Below are positions 11,037-22,172 of a DNA stretch of 64,000 nt, one piece after another. The notes below the pieces were generated by a model that was given only the letters and a program-made list of their open reading frames with translations, was not told the origin of the DNA and did not search any database. The stretch is from NCBI GenBank assembly GCA_963803705.1, contig CAWDNU010000001.1, positions 96,001 to 160,000 of the forward strand, written 5' to 3'. Within the stretch, counting starts at the first letter, position 1. Each line of letters starts with the position of its first letter. Source of the DNA: an uncultured Pseudobdellovibrionaceae bacterium (GTDB taxonomy: Bacteria > Bdellovibrionota > Bdellovibrionia > Bdellovibrionales > UBA1609). Made by a program: the position numbers and the translations under genes.

Positions 11037-12452
11037 ATGAATAATATTTTAAGTTCCAAATCAGCCCGGCATCAAATTTCGATCCTAATTTTCTTTTTTA
11101 CCCTACTAAATTTTAAAATCCTACTTGCCGCCGATGATTCAATTTATATCAATGTTGGAAAGGCTGAAGTAAAAAGAAGCTTGATAGCGTTTCCAAGTCT
11201 TAAAGTAAAATCAAATAATAAAACTTTTCTTAAATCAAAAAACACCTTACAAGCAGCAATCGAAAAAAATTTAAAATTTACTAACTATTTTCAGATGATT
11301 CCTGCTGCAAGCTTTTTAGAAAATACGTCGAATGTCACATACTTACCAAAGTCACCGAAAGAAAGAAAAGGATTTGATTTTCAAAAGTGGCAAGATATCA
11401 GCGCTGAATTTTTAATTCAAGGAGTGGTCAAAAAAGTAGGGCGTAACGCCAGCACAGAGCTGTTCTTGTATTACGTCCCGAAGAACAGATTGATCTTTCA
11501 AAAAGAATATACCAGCACTGAGGGATCATTTTCAGATATCGCCAACGACTTCTCCAACGATGTTATGTTAAAATTAACTGGAACCTCTTCTATTTTTAAA
11601 ACAAAACTCGTTATGACTTCAGATAGAAATAATCCTGGGTTCAAAGAAGTTTTTACGGCAGACTGGGACGGTTCTAATTTTGAACAAATAACCACCCACA
11701 AATCTAGCTCTTTATCACCCACCTGGTCTCCAGGTGGAAATCAAATCGCTTATTCAGCGTTTACAATTGATCCAAGACAAAAGACACGAAATGTGAACTT
11801 GTATATTTACGACTTCAGAACTAAGAAAAGAAGTTTAATTTCATCCAGAAAAGGCATTAATAGTGGCGCTGACTTTTTTCCTGATGGAAAGAATCTTTTG
11901 ATGACTTTGTCGGCAACAGGTACGCCGGATATTTATAAAATAAGCCTAGACGGTAAAACACAAGGTAGAATTACCAGTGGACCATTTGGCGCCATGAATG
12001 TTGAACCATCGGTGTCCCCAGACGGAAATACAATAGTCTTTTCTTCAGATCGCAGTGGACGTCCCATGGTTTACTCAATGGTGATCAGTCCTGCTGTTAT
12101 GCCTGCAAAAAGAATTACCATAGCTGGACGGTACAACGCAGCTCCAACTTGGTCCCCTGATGGCAAAAAGATTGTTTTTGCTGGCTGGGACAGCGATCAT
12201 TTTGACGTTTTCACTATGAATTCAGATGGAACAAACTTATCTAGATTGACTCAGAGAAAAAAGGCAAACGGAAAATGGTCATCAAATGAATACCCTAGTT
12301 TTTCACCAGATGGACGCTACATAGTTTTTCAAAGCAATAGAACTGGTAGGTCGCAGATTTATATCACTGACCTTCAGGGTAGCTTCACGGTTCCTGTTAC
12401 GAATGATAGGTCTAACTACTACCAACCCAAATGGTCTCCTTTCTTAAAGTAG
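11037..12452 (+). CDS. tolB: TolB beta-propeller protein
   Basis: Repeated PD40-type motifs (SPTWSP, PSVSPDG, PTWSPDG, PSFSPDG). Confidence 0.93.
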   Translation: MNNILSSKSARHQISILIFFFTLLNFKILLAADDSIYINVGKAEVKRSLIAFPSLKVKSNNKTFLKSKNTLQAAIEKNLKFTNYFQMIPAASFLENTSNVTYLPKSPKERKGFDFQKWQDISAEFLIQGVVKKVGRNASTELFLYYVPKNRLIFQKEYTSTEGSFSDIANDFSNDVMLKLTGTSSIFKTKLVMTSDRNNPGFKEVFTADWDGSNFEQITTHKSSSLSPTWSPGGNQIAYSAFTIDPRQKTRNVNLYIYDFRTKKRSLISSRKGINSGADFFPDGKNLLMTLSATGTPDIYKISLDGKTQGRITSGPFGAMNVEPSVSPDGNTIVFSSDRSGRPMVYSMVISPAVMPAKRITIAGRYNAAPTWSPDGKKIVFAGWDSDHFDVFTMNSDGTNLSRLTQRKKANGKWSSNEYPSFSPDGRYIVFQSNRTGRSQIYITDLQGSFTVPVTNDRSNYYQPKWSPFLK

Positions 12453-12458
12453 ATAGCT

Positions 12459-14693
12459 GTGAGTTCCACAGAAAGCCGACCAAATTTGCCATCAATTGAA
12501 AGCTATAGCCCGGAAGAAATCACGGGCTATTTAAAATATTCCTCTGCAGCTCAAATTTATTTTGATCTTTTAAAAACAGAATCACTTGATCACATTTATA
12601 AAGAACGTCATGAGTCTTGGCTAAAGGTTTCTCTAGCCAACTTTTATTCACGTGTTGATCAACAATCGAGATCTTTGTACTGGTCTATGTCTATGGATCA
12701 GATCGTTCAAACGGTTTTTGATACTTATTTCACGAAAAACGACTGTATTATTGTTTTAGCTTTGGGCAAATTTGGATCCGAAGTTTTAAATCTGAGCTCA
12801 GATATAGATATTATTCTAATAGCTGATGAGCCTATTACAAATAATCTGTTGAAAAAAACCAGAGCTTTCATAAAGCACCTAAATGCAAAGACACCCTTTG
12901 GGTTTCTGACTAGAGTTGATTTAAATTTGAAGCCCACAGGTCACCCAAGTCCTGTCGTCAGCTCTGAACACTTAGTGAATTATTTGTGGAATAGCAGTGA
13001 GCTTTGGGAGCGCCTAGTTTACACCCGTTCACGCAAAGTTTGCGGAAGGTTAGCTGACGAAAAAAGTCTGTTTTCAGAAATAAGTAAGTTTTGTTTCAGA
13101 AAGTATATAAGGTTAGATCTGGTTGTGGACCTTGCCGAACTATTGCAAAAAATAATGATTAATAATTACGATGAAAAAAATATTAAGCTGTGCCCGGGAG
13201 GAATACGATCAATAGAACTGTTGCTATCTACGATACAGCTTTTGTACGCGGGACGTGTAATAGAGTTTCAAAGCCCTAAAACATATCAGATTTTAGAGTC
13301 TTTGGATAAAATTAGAATTTTCAGCAAGCCGCAAATTCACAGCTTAAGAAAAAATTATGATCTTTTAAGAAGTTTAGAAGACAAAGTGCAATCATCTTTA
13401 GACGAACAAACACATAGCTTAGAAAGTATCGATTTTTTGGAACCAACTTTAAAAGAAAATAATGATAATATAGAACTTTTTTTGAACACTATTGATAAAA
13501 GCAAATCATCAAAAAGCTCTGCAATACTTGAAAAGCTAAATGACCTTTCAATTACTTATACCCACCTAGATGAATTTGTTTTGTTTTTGAAAAAGCATCC
13601 TTCTTATGTCAAATTGTTTGAACTACATCCAAAATCGTACCAAAATTTACTAAAAAGTCTTACGTACTCCCCGCAGGTCACCAAGCTTATATTGTTAAGA
13701 CCAGATTTAATGGACATGTTTTTAGTTAAAAAAACTTACTTTGAATCAGAAGACAGCGATGAAGATTTTTTAATAAAATTAAGTGACTTCAAATCGATCA
13801 GTCAAATCACAGCTATCGGTGAATTCCTAACGAGTTTTGATTTAAACAAATTTTTACTCAGAAACTCAAAAATTGCAGATTTTAGCGTACAGCAAATTCT
13901 GAAACGTGTATTTGGAGATAAGCCTGTCGATGTGCTTAAGCTTGGTAAGTGGTCTGCAAATCAATTAGGTGTATTTTCAGACCTGGACTTTGTATTTTTA
14001 CATGAAGGTGAGGAAAATTTAAGTAAACAGGCACGTAAATTTATAAGCTACCTGACTCACGGTACATTCCATGGGCCGTTTTATAATATTGACCTAAGAT
14101 TAAGGCCATCAGGCCGCGCAGGCCCCATCCTAACTTCTTCAGAAAAGCTTAGAAGTTTTTTGGAAAAATCATCCCCGGCTTGGTTAAGACAAGCATATCT
14201 CAGAAATCATCTTTTGAATTCAAACAGAACTTTCAACTTTAAGTTACCGATCACCACTGATAGAGAAAAGTCTGAGCTTAAAGACATCAGACTCAAAAGG
14301 TTTGTTGCAACAAATCACAACTCATTGTCACTCAAAGATAATTTTGGAGCTATTGTCGACTTGGAATTTTTTATTCAGTGCTTGTTTTTAGAAACTCATG
14401 TGAGCCCTGAAAGCTATACATTTGAAAATCAGACCTTGGAACTTATTGAGCTGAAAGCAATCGACAAAATATTAGGCTTAAAGTTAATCAACAATTATAA
14501 AAAATTAAGATTTTTAGAACAATTATCCGAAATCTTATATAAAAATACGTGGGTTGATAAAAATAAATTTAGTATTATGATTAACATTGATGGTGTTAAG
14601 CAATCGTTAGAATTGGATAGTTTTGCTAGTTTGATTGAACTTATTGACGAAAATTATAAAATTATCGAGGAAAACCATCCATTTATGAAGTAA
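12459..14693 (+). CDS. glnE: Glutamine synthetase adenylyltransferase GlnE-like (shortened)
   Basis: Two nucleotidyltransferase modules: LGKFGSEVLNLSSDIDI and LGKWSANQLGVFSDLDF...IDLRLRPSGRAG. Confidence 0.85.
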   Translation: MSSTESRPNLPSIESYSPEEITGYLKYSSAAQIYFDLLKTESLDHIYKERHESWLKVSLANFYSRVDQQSRSLYWSMSMDQIVQTVFDTYFTKNDCIIVLALGKFGSEVLNLSSDIDIILIADEPITNNLLKKTRAFIKHLNAKTPFGFLTRVDLNLKPTGHPSPVVSSEHLVNYLWNSSELWERLVYTRSRKVCGRLADEKSLFSEISKFCFRKYIRLDLVVDLAELLQKIMINNYDEKNIKLCPGGIRSIELLLSTIQLLYAGRVIEFQSPKTYQILESLDKIRIFSKPQIHSLRKNYDLLRSLEDKVQSSLDEQTHSLESIDFLEPTLKENNDNIELFLNTIDKSKSSKSSAILEKLNDLSITYTHLDEFVLFLKKHPSYVKLFELHPKSYQNLLKSLTYSPQVTKLILLRPDLMDMFLVKKTYFESEDSDEDFLIKLSDFKSISQITAIGEFLTSFDLNKFLLRNSKIADFSVQQILKRVFGDKPVDVLKLGKWSANQLGVFSDLDFVFLHEGEENLSKQARKFISYLTHGTFHGPFYNIDLRLRPSGRAGPILTSSEKLRSFLEKSSPAWLRQAYLRNHLLNSNRTFNFKLPITTDREKSELKDIRLKRFVATNHNSLSLKDNFGAIVDLEFFIQCLFLETHVSPESYTFENQTLELIELKAIDKILGLKLINNYKKLRFLEQLSEILYKNTWVDKNKFSIMINIDGVKQSLELDSFASLIELIDENYKIIEENHPFMK

Positions 14694-14717
14694 GCTTGTT
14701 AACTAAAAGGATTAGAA

Positions 14718-15431
14718 ATGAATTACTCAAAACTATTTTACACATGCTTGATGCTAATGTTGACCAACTGTTCAATTTTAAACACAAGCTCTTGTTCTCT
14801 TCAAAAGGATAATGTAATTGTGAACCAGCCTATTCAGGCCAGTATGAATAAGGCCAAACCAGAAACGCAGGACACCAAACTTAATAAAGTTGAAGGAGTA
14901 AAAAAAATGTACGCGGTATTTCACACCAATAAAGGTAAATTTAAAGCTCTACTACACCACACTATGGCCCCCAAAACCGTAGAAAATTTCGTTGGCTTAG
15001 CCGAAGGAACTAAAGAATTTACTGATTCTAAAACTGGCAAAAAAGTAAAACGTCCTTACTATGACGGATTAACATTTCACAGAGTTATTGAAAACTTTAT
15101 GATTCAGGGAGGTGATCCTGTCGGGAATGGCACTGGTGGGCCTGGATACAAGTTCGATGATGAATTTCATCCAGAACTTACTCATGACAAAAAGGGTGTT
15201 CTGTCTATGGCTAATGCAGGGCCTAATACAAATGGTAGCCAGTTCTTCGTAACAGTAGCAGTAGCACCACATCTAGATGCCCAAAGATCTATGAAAAGAG
15301 GCTACTCTATTTTTGGCCAAGTCGTTGAGGGTTACGATGTTGTCGAATCAATTAGCCAGGTCGAAACAAAAACTAATGATCTACCCGCAGAGCCTATCGT
15401 TATTAATAAGCTAGAGATTATTAAGGAATAA
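14718..15431 (+). CDS. Cyclophilin-type peptidyl-prolyl isomerase with lipoprotein-like N-terminus
   Basis: FHRVIENFMIQGGDP, SMANAGPNTNGSQFF; LTNC lipobox-like. Confidence 0.93.
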   Translation: MNYSKLFYTCLMLMLTNCSILNTSSCSLQKDNVIVNQPIQASMNKAKPETQDTKLNKVEGVKKMYAVFHTNKGKFKALLHHTMAPKTVENFVGLAEGTKEFTDSKTGKKVKRPYYDGLTFHRVIENFMIQGGDPVGNGTGGPGYKFDDEFHPELTHDKKGVLSMANAGPNTNGSQFFVTVAVAPHLDAQRSMKRGYSIFGQVVEGYDVVESISQVETKTNDLPAEPIVINKLEIIKE

Positions 15432-16421
15432 GTGAACTGCCTTGTAACTGGAGCCAGTGGATTTATTGGCTCTTGGCTAGTAAGAAAACTTATACATGAA
15501 GGTCATCAAGTTAAAGTTCTTTGCAGGCCAACCAGTGACTTTAGATTAATTTTAGATTTAGAATTTGAAAAGTGTTTTGGTGATATAACTGATCCTAAAA
15601 CTATTACACCTGCTCTTTCTGATATCGACACAGTTTTTCACCTTGCAGGCTATATTGGTTACAAAAAATCTGATCACGCGCTTATGGATCAAGTTAATGT
15701 TCAGGGTACAGACAATATATATAAACTTAGCCTAAAAAATAATATCAAAAACTTTATCTTTTTAAGCTCCGTTACCGCAATTGGAGCATCTTTTTCTCCG
15801 TTCGAAAGTTTAGATGAAACCTCGAAATATAACTTATCAGATTTAAATTTTGGCTATGCTGAAAGCAAAAGAAAAGGCGAAGCGATTGTCTTTGGAACCA
15901 ACTCTTCTATGAAATGCGTGGTACTGAATCCATCAACAGTTTATGGACCTGGTGATATGTTAAAATCTAGCCGAAAAAACCAGTTGATGGCGATGAAGGG
16001 TCAACTTAAATTTTATCCCTATGGGGGTGTTAGTGTAGTTGGAGTGCATGATGTTGTTGATGCAATTTATAAGTCTGTAACATTAGGCGTCCATGGGCAA
16101 AGGTATATTTTAAGTGGCGACAATCTTTTTATCAAAGATTTGATGGATAAAATTTGTTTTCACGCCAAGTCAAATCCACCTAAATTTCAGATACCTGGCT
16201 TCATTCTTGATACTCTTGGTTTCGTTGGGGATAATTTTACAAATGGTAAACCCTTAGATTCAGAGACTGCTCAAGTTATTCAGCTTTTTCATTGGTACAA
16301 AAATGAAAAAGCCGTAAATCAGCTTGAATTTAAACCTTCGCCTAGCGATCAAGTCATAAAATCTAGTGTAGACTGGGCTATGAAGAATATGATTAATAAG
16401 TCACCTTCTTCGATTAAGTAA
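15432..16421 (+). CDS. NAD-dependent epimerase/dehydratase (extended SDR)
   Basis: TGASGFIG, YAESK catalytic motif. Confidence 0.9.
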   Translation: MNCLVTGASGFIGSWLVRKLIHEGHQVKVLCRPTSDFRLILDLEFEKCFGDITDPKTITPALSDIDTVFHLAGYIGYKKSDHALMDQVNVQGTDNIYKLSLKNNIKNFIFLSSVTAIGASFSPFESLDETSKYNLSDLNFGYAESKRKGEAIVFGTNSSMKCVVLNPSTVYGPGDMLKSSRKNQLMAMKGQLKFYPYGGVSVVGVHDVVDAIYKSVTLGVHGQRYILSGDNLFIKDLMDKICFHAKSNPPKFQIPGFILDTLGFVGDNFTNGKPLDSETAQVIQLFHWYKNEKAVNQLEFKPSPSDQVIKSSVDWAMKNMINKSPSSIK

Positions 16422-16447
16422 ATTTCAAATGATAGATAAGATTAAAT

Positions 16448-17563
16448 ATGACCAAAGTGAAAAAATTATCAAAGAGTTTAAGTAGAGGGAGAATGTTAAA
16501 TTTTGCGAACCTGATAATTGGCACCGCACTTTTTGTATTTATTTTTATAGTCGGCATATTTGCTTTCAAACCTAGCTTATCTCGGTATCCAGCCCTTAGC
16601 TCTTGCTTTAAATCATCTGTGCACAAAATCATATTGTGTAATAGAAATCCGAAATATGTTGGGTTGAATCAAATTTCTAAATTTTTCATCCATTCTGTAC
16701 TTGTTAGCGAAGATGATAGTTTTTACAACCACCAAGGTGTTGATTGGAATGAGTTTAAAAAGAGTTTTCTGGAAAATTTAAAATTGTTTCGTTTTGCAAG
16801 AGGCGGATCGACAATCACTCAACAACTAGTTAAAAACGCATATTTAAACCAGAACAAGTCCATTATAAGAAAAATTAAAGAAATTATTTTAGCTCAACAA
16901 GTTGAAAGCAAGTACTCTAAGTCAGTTATTCTAGAGAAATATTTAAATATTATTGAGTTAGGTACAGATATCTATGGCATTAAAGATGCTGCTTCAAAAT
17001 ACTTTAAAAAAAAACCAAGCGACCTAAATGTTTTAGAGTCTGTTTATTTATCAACCCTACTTCCAAATCCAAAATTATACTCAAAAAGTATTCATAATAA
17101 ACTACTTTCAAAATGGCAAAAAGAGCGGATTTTGAAAATACTAAAAAGGCTACTTCAGCGGAAACGTATTTCTAAACAGCTTTATGAAAATGCGAAATCT
17201 AAAGTTGGTTTGTTCCCATGGTTTGACTTAGTGCTAAACGAGACAAAAGAACTTAATGATGATGACTTAGAATTCTTAGATAACTTACCAGAAACAAAGC
17301 TAGAAGAAGATGCCATAGATAATTCAACAGATGATTTAGAAATCAATGATGAAAATAGATTTCTACCTACTGATAATAACGAAGATGAAAGCTTAACGGA
17401 TACTGAATCTAACACCGATTTAAATGGCTCTTTGCAGAATGAAAAAACTGAAGCAGAAGTAGATATGGAGTTACAGGATATAATTCAAAATAAAGACCTG
17501 GAAGTTGATATGAATGAAGAACCAGAACTTCTAAAAGCAATTGAGTCTGAAGAAACCATATAG
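16448..17563 (+). CDS. mtgA: Monofunctional peptidoglycan transglycosylase (GT51) with acidic C-terminal tail
   Basis: EDDSFYNHQGVD, RGGSTITQQLVKN, RKIKE, ILEKYLN; no transpeptidase domain. Confidence 0.88.
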   Translation: MTKVKKLSKSLSRGRMLNFANLIIGTALFVFIFIVGIFAFKPSLSRYPALSSCFKSSVHKIILCNRNPKYVGLNQISKFFIHSVLVSEDDSFYNHQGVDWNEFKKSFLENLKLFRFARGGSTITQQLVKNAYLNQNKSIIRKIKEIILAQQVESKYSKSVILEKYLNIIELGTDIYGIKDAASKYFKKKPSDLNVLESVYLSTLLPNPKLYSKSIHNKLLSKWQKERILKILKRLLQRKRISKQLYENAKSKVGLFPWFDLVLNETKELNDDDLEFLDNLPETKLEEDAIDNSTDDLEINDENRFLPTDNNEDESLTDTESNTDLNGSLQNEKTEAEVDMELQDIIQNKDLEVDMNEEPELLKAIESEETI

Positions 17564-17587
17564 ATTCTGTCGAATCCAAATTTCTTC

Positions 17588-18593
17588 TTAACCGTGTCCA
17601 CCCATCAGGAAGGCTTCTGAACTAGTGTCTTTTTGTGTAAAATCTTTGAGTCAAGTAAAATAATTCTTCGCAAAATTAAAAATTTCATTTTGTCTTTGAA
17701 CTGAAAGATCTGTTTTCTAAATTGCGATGACTCTGGATAACCTGCAGAAAACCATGTTGCAAATTTTTTTACTTGAAGACCTATGATTCGTTCATCAGCT
17801 GAGTATTTAATTTATTGTAAAGCATCTCTAGAACCGACACATGGTCCTTTTTAAATACGTCTCGTTATTGTTTTGCAATAGGTTCATGGCTTCAAGAAAT
17901 ATCCAAGGGTTTTTAAGACAGCCCCTACCTATCATCACAGCATCGCAGCCTGACTCTTGCTCAATCTTCGATTGGCCAATATTGCACTTGCTATGTCTCC
18001 ATTTCCAATGATTGGAATTTTACTTTTAGCTTTTAACTTCTTTAATGTAATCCCAATCAGCTTCACCGTTATACCCTTTGCCCGAGTACGACCATGAATA
18101 GCCACCCAAGTGACGCCTTCCTCGTAAGCTATCTGACAGACCTCGTCTGCATTTCTAGATTTTCATCCCAACCAGTTCTTATTTTAATTGTTAGACGGAA
18201 TTTGAATTTGCCTTTTAGCAGCTTGAATGACTTTTCTGAGCAGGACCAAATCTTTTAAAACAGCAGAGCCAGCTACCTTTCTTTACAACTTTAGGAACAG
18301 GACATCCAAAATTTAAATCTACGAAGTCAGCTCCCATATCTTGGCAGATCAGCGCAGCATCGGACAAAGCTTCTAAATCTTCACCGAAAATTTGAATCCC
18401 GATAGGCTTCTGGTCCGTGTAAACTGCATTATTTTTTTGGTCTTATCTGAAGAGTACTTGAGTCCGTTGGCTGACACCAGTTCAGTGACTACAACATTAA
18501 CGCCCATGCTGACCATAAAGGATCTAAATGCACAGTCAGTAATACCCGCCATAGGAGCAAGAACAAAAGGGTTTTTGACAATGTCCTTACCAA
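17588..18593 (-). CDS. dusB: tRNA-dihydrouridine synthase DusB (several frameshifts; start approximate)
   Basis: My translation gives NPFVLAPMAGITD, QIFGED, DLNFGCPVPKV, IHGRTRA and a C-terminal FLMGGHG*, in different frames. Confidence 0.85.
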
Positions 18594-18671
18594 GTCTGCT
18601 TCAGGATCTTAATAGCAATTAAGCTAGTAGATCTGTTGGAAGTGCGGTTACAGTGGAAAGTTTTATTTGAA

Positions 18672-18746
<75 letters not shown>

Positions 18747-18786
18747 ATCAAAATTGTAATATTTAAAGAAACTAATTGTCTCATAT

Positions 18787-19952
18787 TTAATTGTCAAAGC
18801 GAAAAGCTTGGTCAAGATCAGTTATTAAATCTTGCTAATCTTCTACTCCAACGCTCAGATCGTATTAATGAGTCATCAATGCCCAACTCGCGTCTTCTTT
18901 TCTATAGGTACAGAAGCATGGGTCATAATTCCAGGATGCTCCACTAATGACTCAACGCCCCCCAGGCTTTCCGCTAAGATAAAGACTTTTACATTTTCTA
19001 AGAAGGCTCTCGCAGAATCCATTCCACCTTTGATATAAAATGTGATCATGCCCCCAAAACCTTTCATTTGAGACTGTGCAATATCAAACTGAGGATGAGA
19101 TTTTAAACCTGGATAAATCACCTTTTCAACTTTGGGATGATCGCTTAAAAACTTTGCGACCTGAATAGCGTTGGACTCATGTTGCTTCATTCTTAATGAT
19201 AGGGTTTTAAGACTTCTCAAAGCCATATATGAATCGAATGGAGAAGACGACTGACCCTATGGAATTTACTAAAAATTGAAGCTGAGCAGCTAAGTCATCA
19301 TTGTTCGTGAGGATGGCTCCACCAAGCACATCACTATGTCCACCTATGTACTTCGTCGTTGAATGGACAACTAAGTCGGCTCCCAAATCTGCCGGGTTTT
19401 GGAAATAGGGACTCATAAAAGTGTTGTCCACAGCTAAGAAGCAAGTTCTTAGACTTCGCAAAATCGGCAATTTTTTTGATGTCAAAAATTTTTAAAGTGG
19501 GATTAGTCGGGGTCTCTAACCAAATCATCTTAGTAGTCAGGAGTAATTGCTTTTTCTATGCTTTCCATTTTCGTGAAATCAACGTAAGAAAATTTTAATC
19601 CATGATTGGTCATCACCTTATCAAATAATCTGAAGGTGCCGCCATACATGTCATCCCCAGCAAGAACATGATCACCAGCTTTCAGCAAATGTAAAACTAT
19701 ATTGGTTGCAGAACATCCCGATGCTAAAGAAAAACCATACTTACATTTTCTAAACTTGCTAAACACTGTTCAAAAGCTTTTCGAGTTGGGTTCGAGGTTC
19801 GGACTGTACTCATAGCCTTTATGAACTCCCGGCGAACTCTGTGCAAAAGTTGTTGTCAAATAAATAGGCGCCATAACCGCGCCCGTTGTTTCTTCTGGTT
19901 CTTGGCCGAAATGGATGGCTCTGGTTGAAAATCCGCAGTCTTTGAAATTCAT
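18787..19952 (-). CDS. Cystathionine gamma-lyase/synthase (PLP; split by several frameshifts)
   Basis: Fragments: [50 protein letters not shown]. Confidence 0.9.
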
Positions 19953-20075
19953 AAATTTTCCTAAGGTATTTTTTATCCTCATTCGCTCAAACAAGCTGTA
20001 TATTTCTAGCTTAACGAAATATATTTTCTATCAAAAAACTTTTTGATTTTAAAATCGAGATTATTATTCAGCCAT

Positions 20076-21029
20076 TCACGAATCGAAGGCTTTACTCAGA
20101 TATTTACTGCCGTTATCAGGTAACATAATTAGAATTTTGCTTGGTTTTTCAAGCTTCTCTGAAAATTTAATAGCACCAACCAGTGCTGAGGCTGCAGAAG
20201 GTCCGACGAGTAAGCCCTCTTCCATAGCCATTTCTCTGCACTTCTCAAAGCTTTCTTTATCATTCACCCTTATAAAATCATCAATCACGCTAAAGTCTAA
20301 GCATTCTGGAACTAAGTCTTCTCCAATACCTTCAACAAAATAACTGTGAGGTGGGACTCTAACTTCTTTATAGTGAAAAAGATCATAAAGGATAGAACCC
20401 TCTGGATCATTACATACAATTTTTATATCTTTATTTCTACTCTTTAAATACTGGCCTACTCCAGATATTGTGCCACCAGTACCCACTCCCGCAACGAAGG
20501 CATCAATCTCTCCATTAGTCTGTTCCCATATTTCAGGGCCTGTCTTTTCAAAATGAACTCTTTGATTATCTAAATTGTCATATTGATTTGTGAAAAATGC
20601 TCCAGGTGTATCTTTGGCAATTTGTCTTGCAACAGAATAATGACTTTTTGGATCGTCAGGTTCTACACCTGTTGGAGTAATTACAACTTCCGCACCATAA
20701 GCTCTTAATGTTGCCCTTTTCTCTTCGCTGATTTTAGCCGGCATTGTAAAGACGGCCTTGTATCCTTTAATGGCAGCAACCATAGCCAAAGCCACACCTG
20801 TATTTCCAGAGGTGGCTTCTACAATTGTTCCGCCTGGTTTCAAATGTCCTCTTTTCTCTGCACCATCTACAATGGCTAATGCGATTCTATCTTTAACGCT
20901 TAATCCTGGATTGAAATATTCGAGCTTAGCCAAAAAGGTATGTTTCGAATTTTTGGGCACACACCTCTCTAAGGGGACTATAGGTGTGTTACCAATTGTT
21001 GCTAATAAATCATCATAAATTTTACTCAT
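20076..21029 (-). CDS. Cysteine synthase / O-acetylserine-dependent cystathionine beta-synthase family
   Basis: NPGLSVKDRIA, EATSGNTG, GTGGT, EGIG; adjacent to the cystathionine lyase gene. Confidence 0.92.
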   Translation of the reverse strand: MSKIYDDLLATIGNTPIVPLERCVPKNSKHTFLAKLEYFNPGLSVKDRIALAIVDGAEKRGHLKPGGTIVEATSGNTGVALAMVAAIKGYKAVFTMPAKISEEKRATLRAYGAEVVITPTGVEPDDPKSHYSVARQIAKDTPGAFFTNQYDNLDNQRVHFEKTGPEIWEQTNGEIDAFVAGVGTGGTISGVGQYLKSRNKDIKIVCNDPEGSILYDLFHYKEVRVPPHSYFVEGIGEDLVPECLDFSVIDDFIRVNDKESFEKCREMAMEEGLLVGPSAASALVGAIKFSEKLEKPSKILIMLPDNGSKYLSKAFDS

Positions 21030-21205
21030 AATTCTGCCTCCTCAGGGCGCGCATCTAACTTTTCCAGAATGATCTGCCATCGTTTAGTTGGATTGTCTGT
21101 ATATTCGACTCCAAGCTCATCCATACTAGATTTTATTTCTAATTCATTTAAAGAGTTATTTAATAATTTTTTTACAAAATCTTTTAGTTTTTTATCAGAA
21201 TTCAT
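21026..21205 (-). CDS. Small hypothetical protein (59 aa)
   Basis: MNSDKKLKDFVKKLLNNSLNELEIKSSMDELGVEYTDNPTKRWQIILEKLDARPEEAEL*; ATGA overlap with the downstream gene. Below the ORF-track cutoff. Confidence 0.6.
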   Translation of the reverse strand: MNSDKKLKDFVKKLLNNSLNELEIKSSMDELGVEYTDNPTKRWQIILEKLDARPEEAEL

Positions 21206-21316
21206 AGTGGCACATTGTCCACTTATACCTCTATCAAGACAAGCTGAGGTCAGATTCTATAGATTATTGGGCTTTGCACAAATCCGAGACGATTAAATAT
21301 CAGGCAAATTAAAGAT

Positions 21317-22126
21317 CTAAGCGTAAAATAGAACGTAGATGGCTAACGGGACTAAATAGATAGGAAAATAATGTAGTTTTCCTCTTCGTAAAAGAAACAT
21401 TAAACCCCATAAGCCTATACATCCAAAAAACAATGAAGAGAAAAACAAGGTCACCAACGAAGATACATTTTCAATCGACGTGATGTTGTTTAGATCCAGA
21501 AAAGTAGCACCCAATATAGCGGGCACCGATATTAAAAAACTAAAGAAAGCTGCGTTTTGTTTCCTAAGTCCCAGGAATAAGGCTGTGGTTATAGTTAATC
21601 CTGAACGACTCACACCCGGACAAATTGCAATGGCCTGACTTAGTCCAATGATGAAAGCTTGAGTAAAAGTGACTTGATGGGAAAGATATTCTGTATTTGT
21701 ATCCATTGACTGATAATTACTGGGTTTTAGTTTTGACAACAGTAATACTAATGACGTTACAAGAAAGAAGATACCCACCCAAAAATTAGATTGAAATAGA
21801 GAATCTATAAATTCCTTAAAGAATATACCAACAACTGCGGCTGGGAGTGATGCCACAAACATCAAACTCACAAGTCTTACTGTCGGATTTACAAGAAGTG
21901 AATTCCTAGACTCAAAAAGATCTAGAAATATTTTGATAAACTCTTTTCGATAGTAAAACAAAATCGCAAACAGACTTCCTAGATGGGCAACTATAGTGAT
22001 AGACAAGTTATCTGATTCAATCTGGAAGAAATCTTGGAAAACAGCCATGTGTCCAGAACTAGACACAGGTAGAAACTCAGTTAAACCTTGTATCAGACCT
22101 AATATAATAGATTCAAAATAACTCAT
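21317..22126 (-). CDS. uppP: Undecaprenyl-diphosphate phosphatase
   Basis: QGLTEFLPVSSSGH, PGVSRSG. Confidence 0.95.
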   Translation of the reverse strand: MSYFESIILGLIQGLTEFLPVSSSGHMAVFQDFFQIESDNLSITIVAHLGSLFAILFYYRKEFIKIFLDLFESRNSLLVNPTVRLVSLMFVASLPAAVVGIFFKEFIDSLFQSNFWVGIFFLVTSLVLLLSKLKPSNYQSMDTNTEYLSHQVTFTQAFIIGLSQAIAICPGVSRSGLTITTALFLGLRKQNAAFFSFLISVPAILGATFLDLNNITSIENVSSLVTLFFSSLFFGCIGLWGLMFLLRRGKLHYFPIYLVPLAIYVLFYA

Positions 22127-22172
22127 ACAACAAAGATGACTTAGTTATTTCTAGTTTTCAACTTCCTATGGA

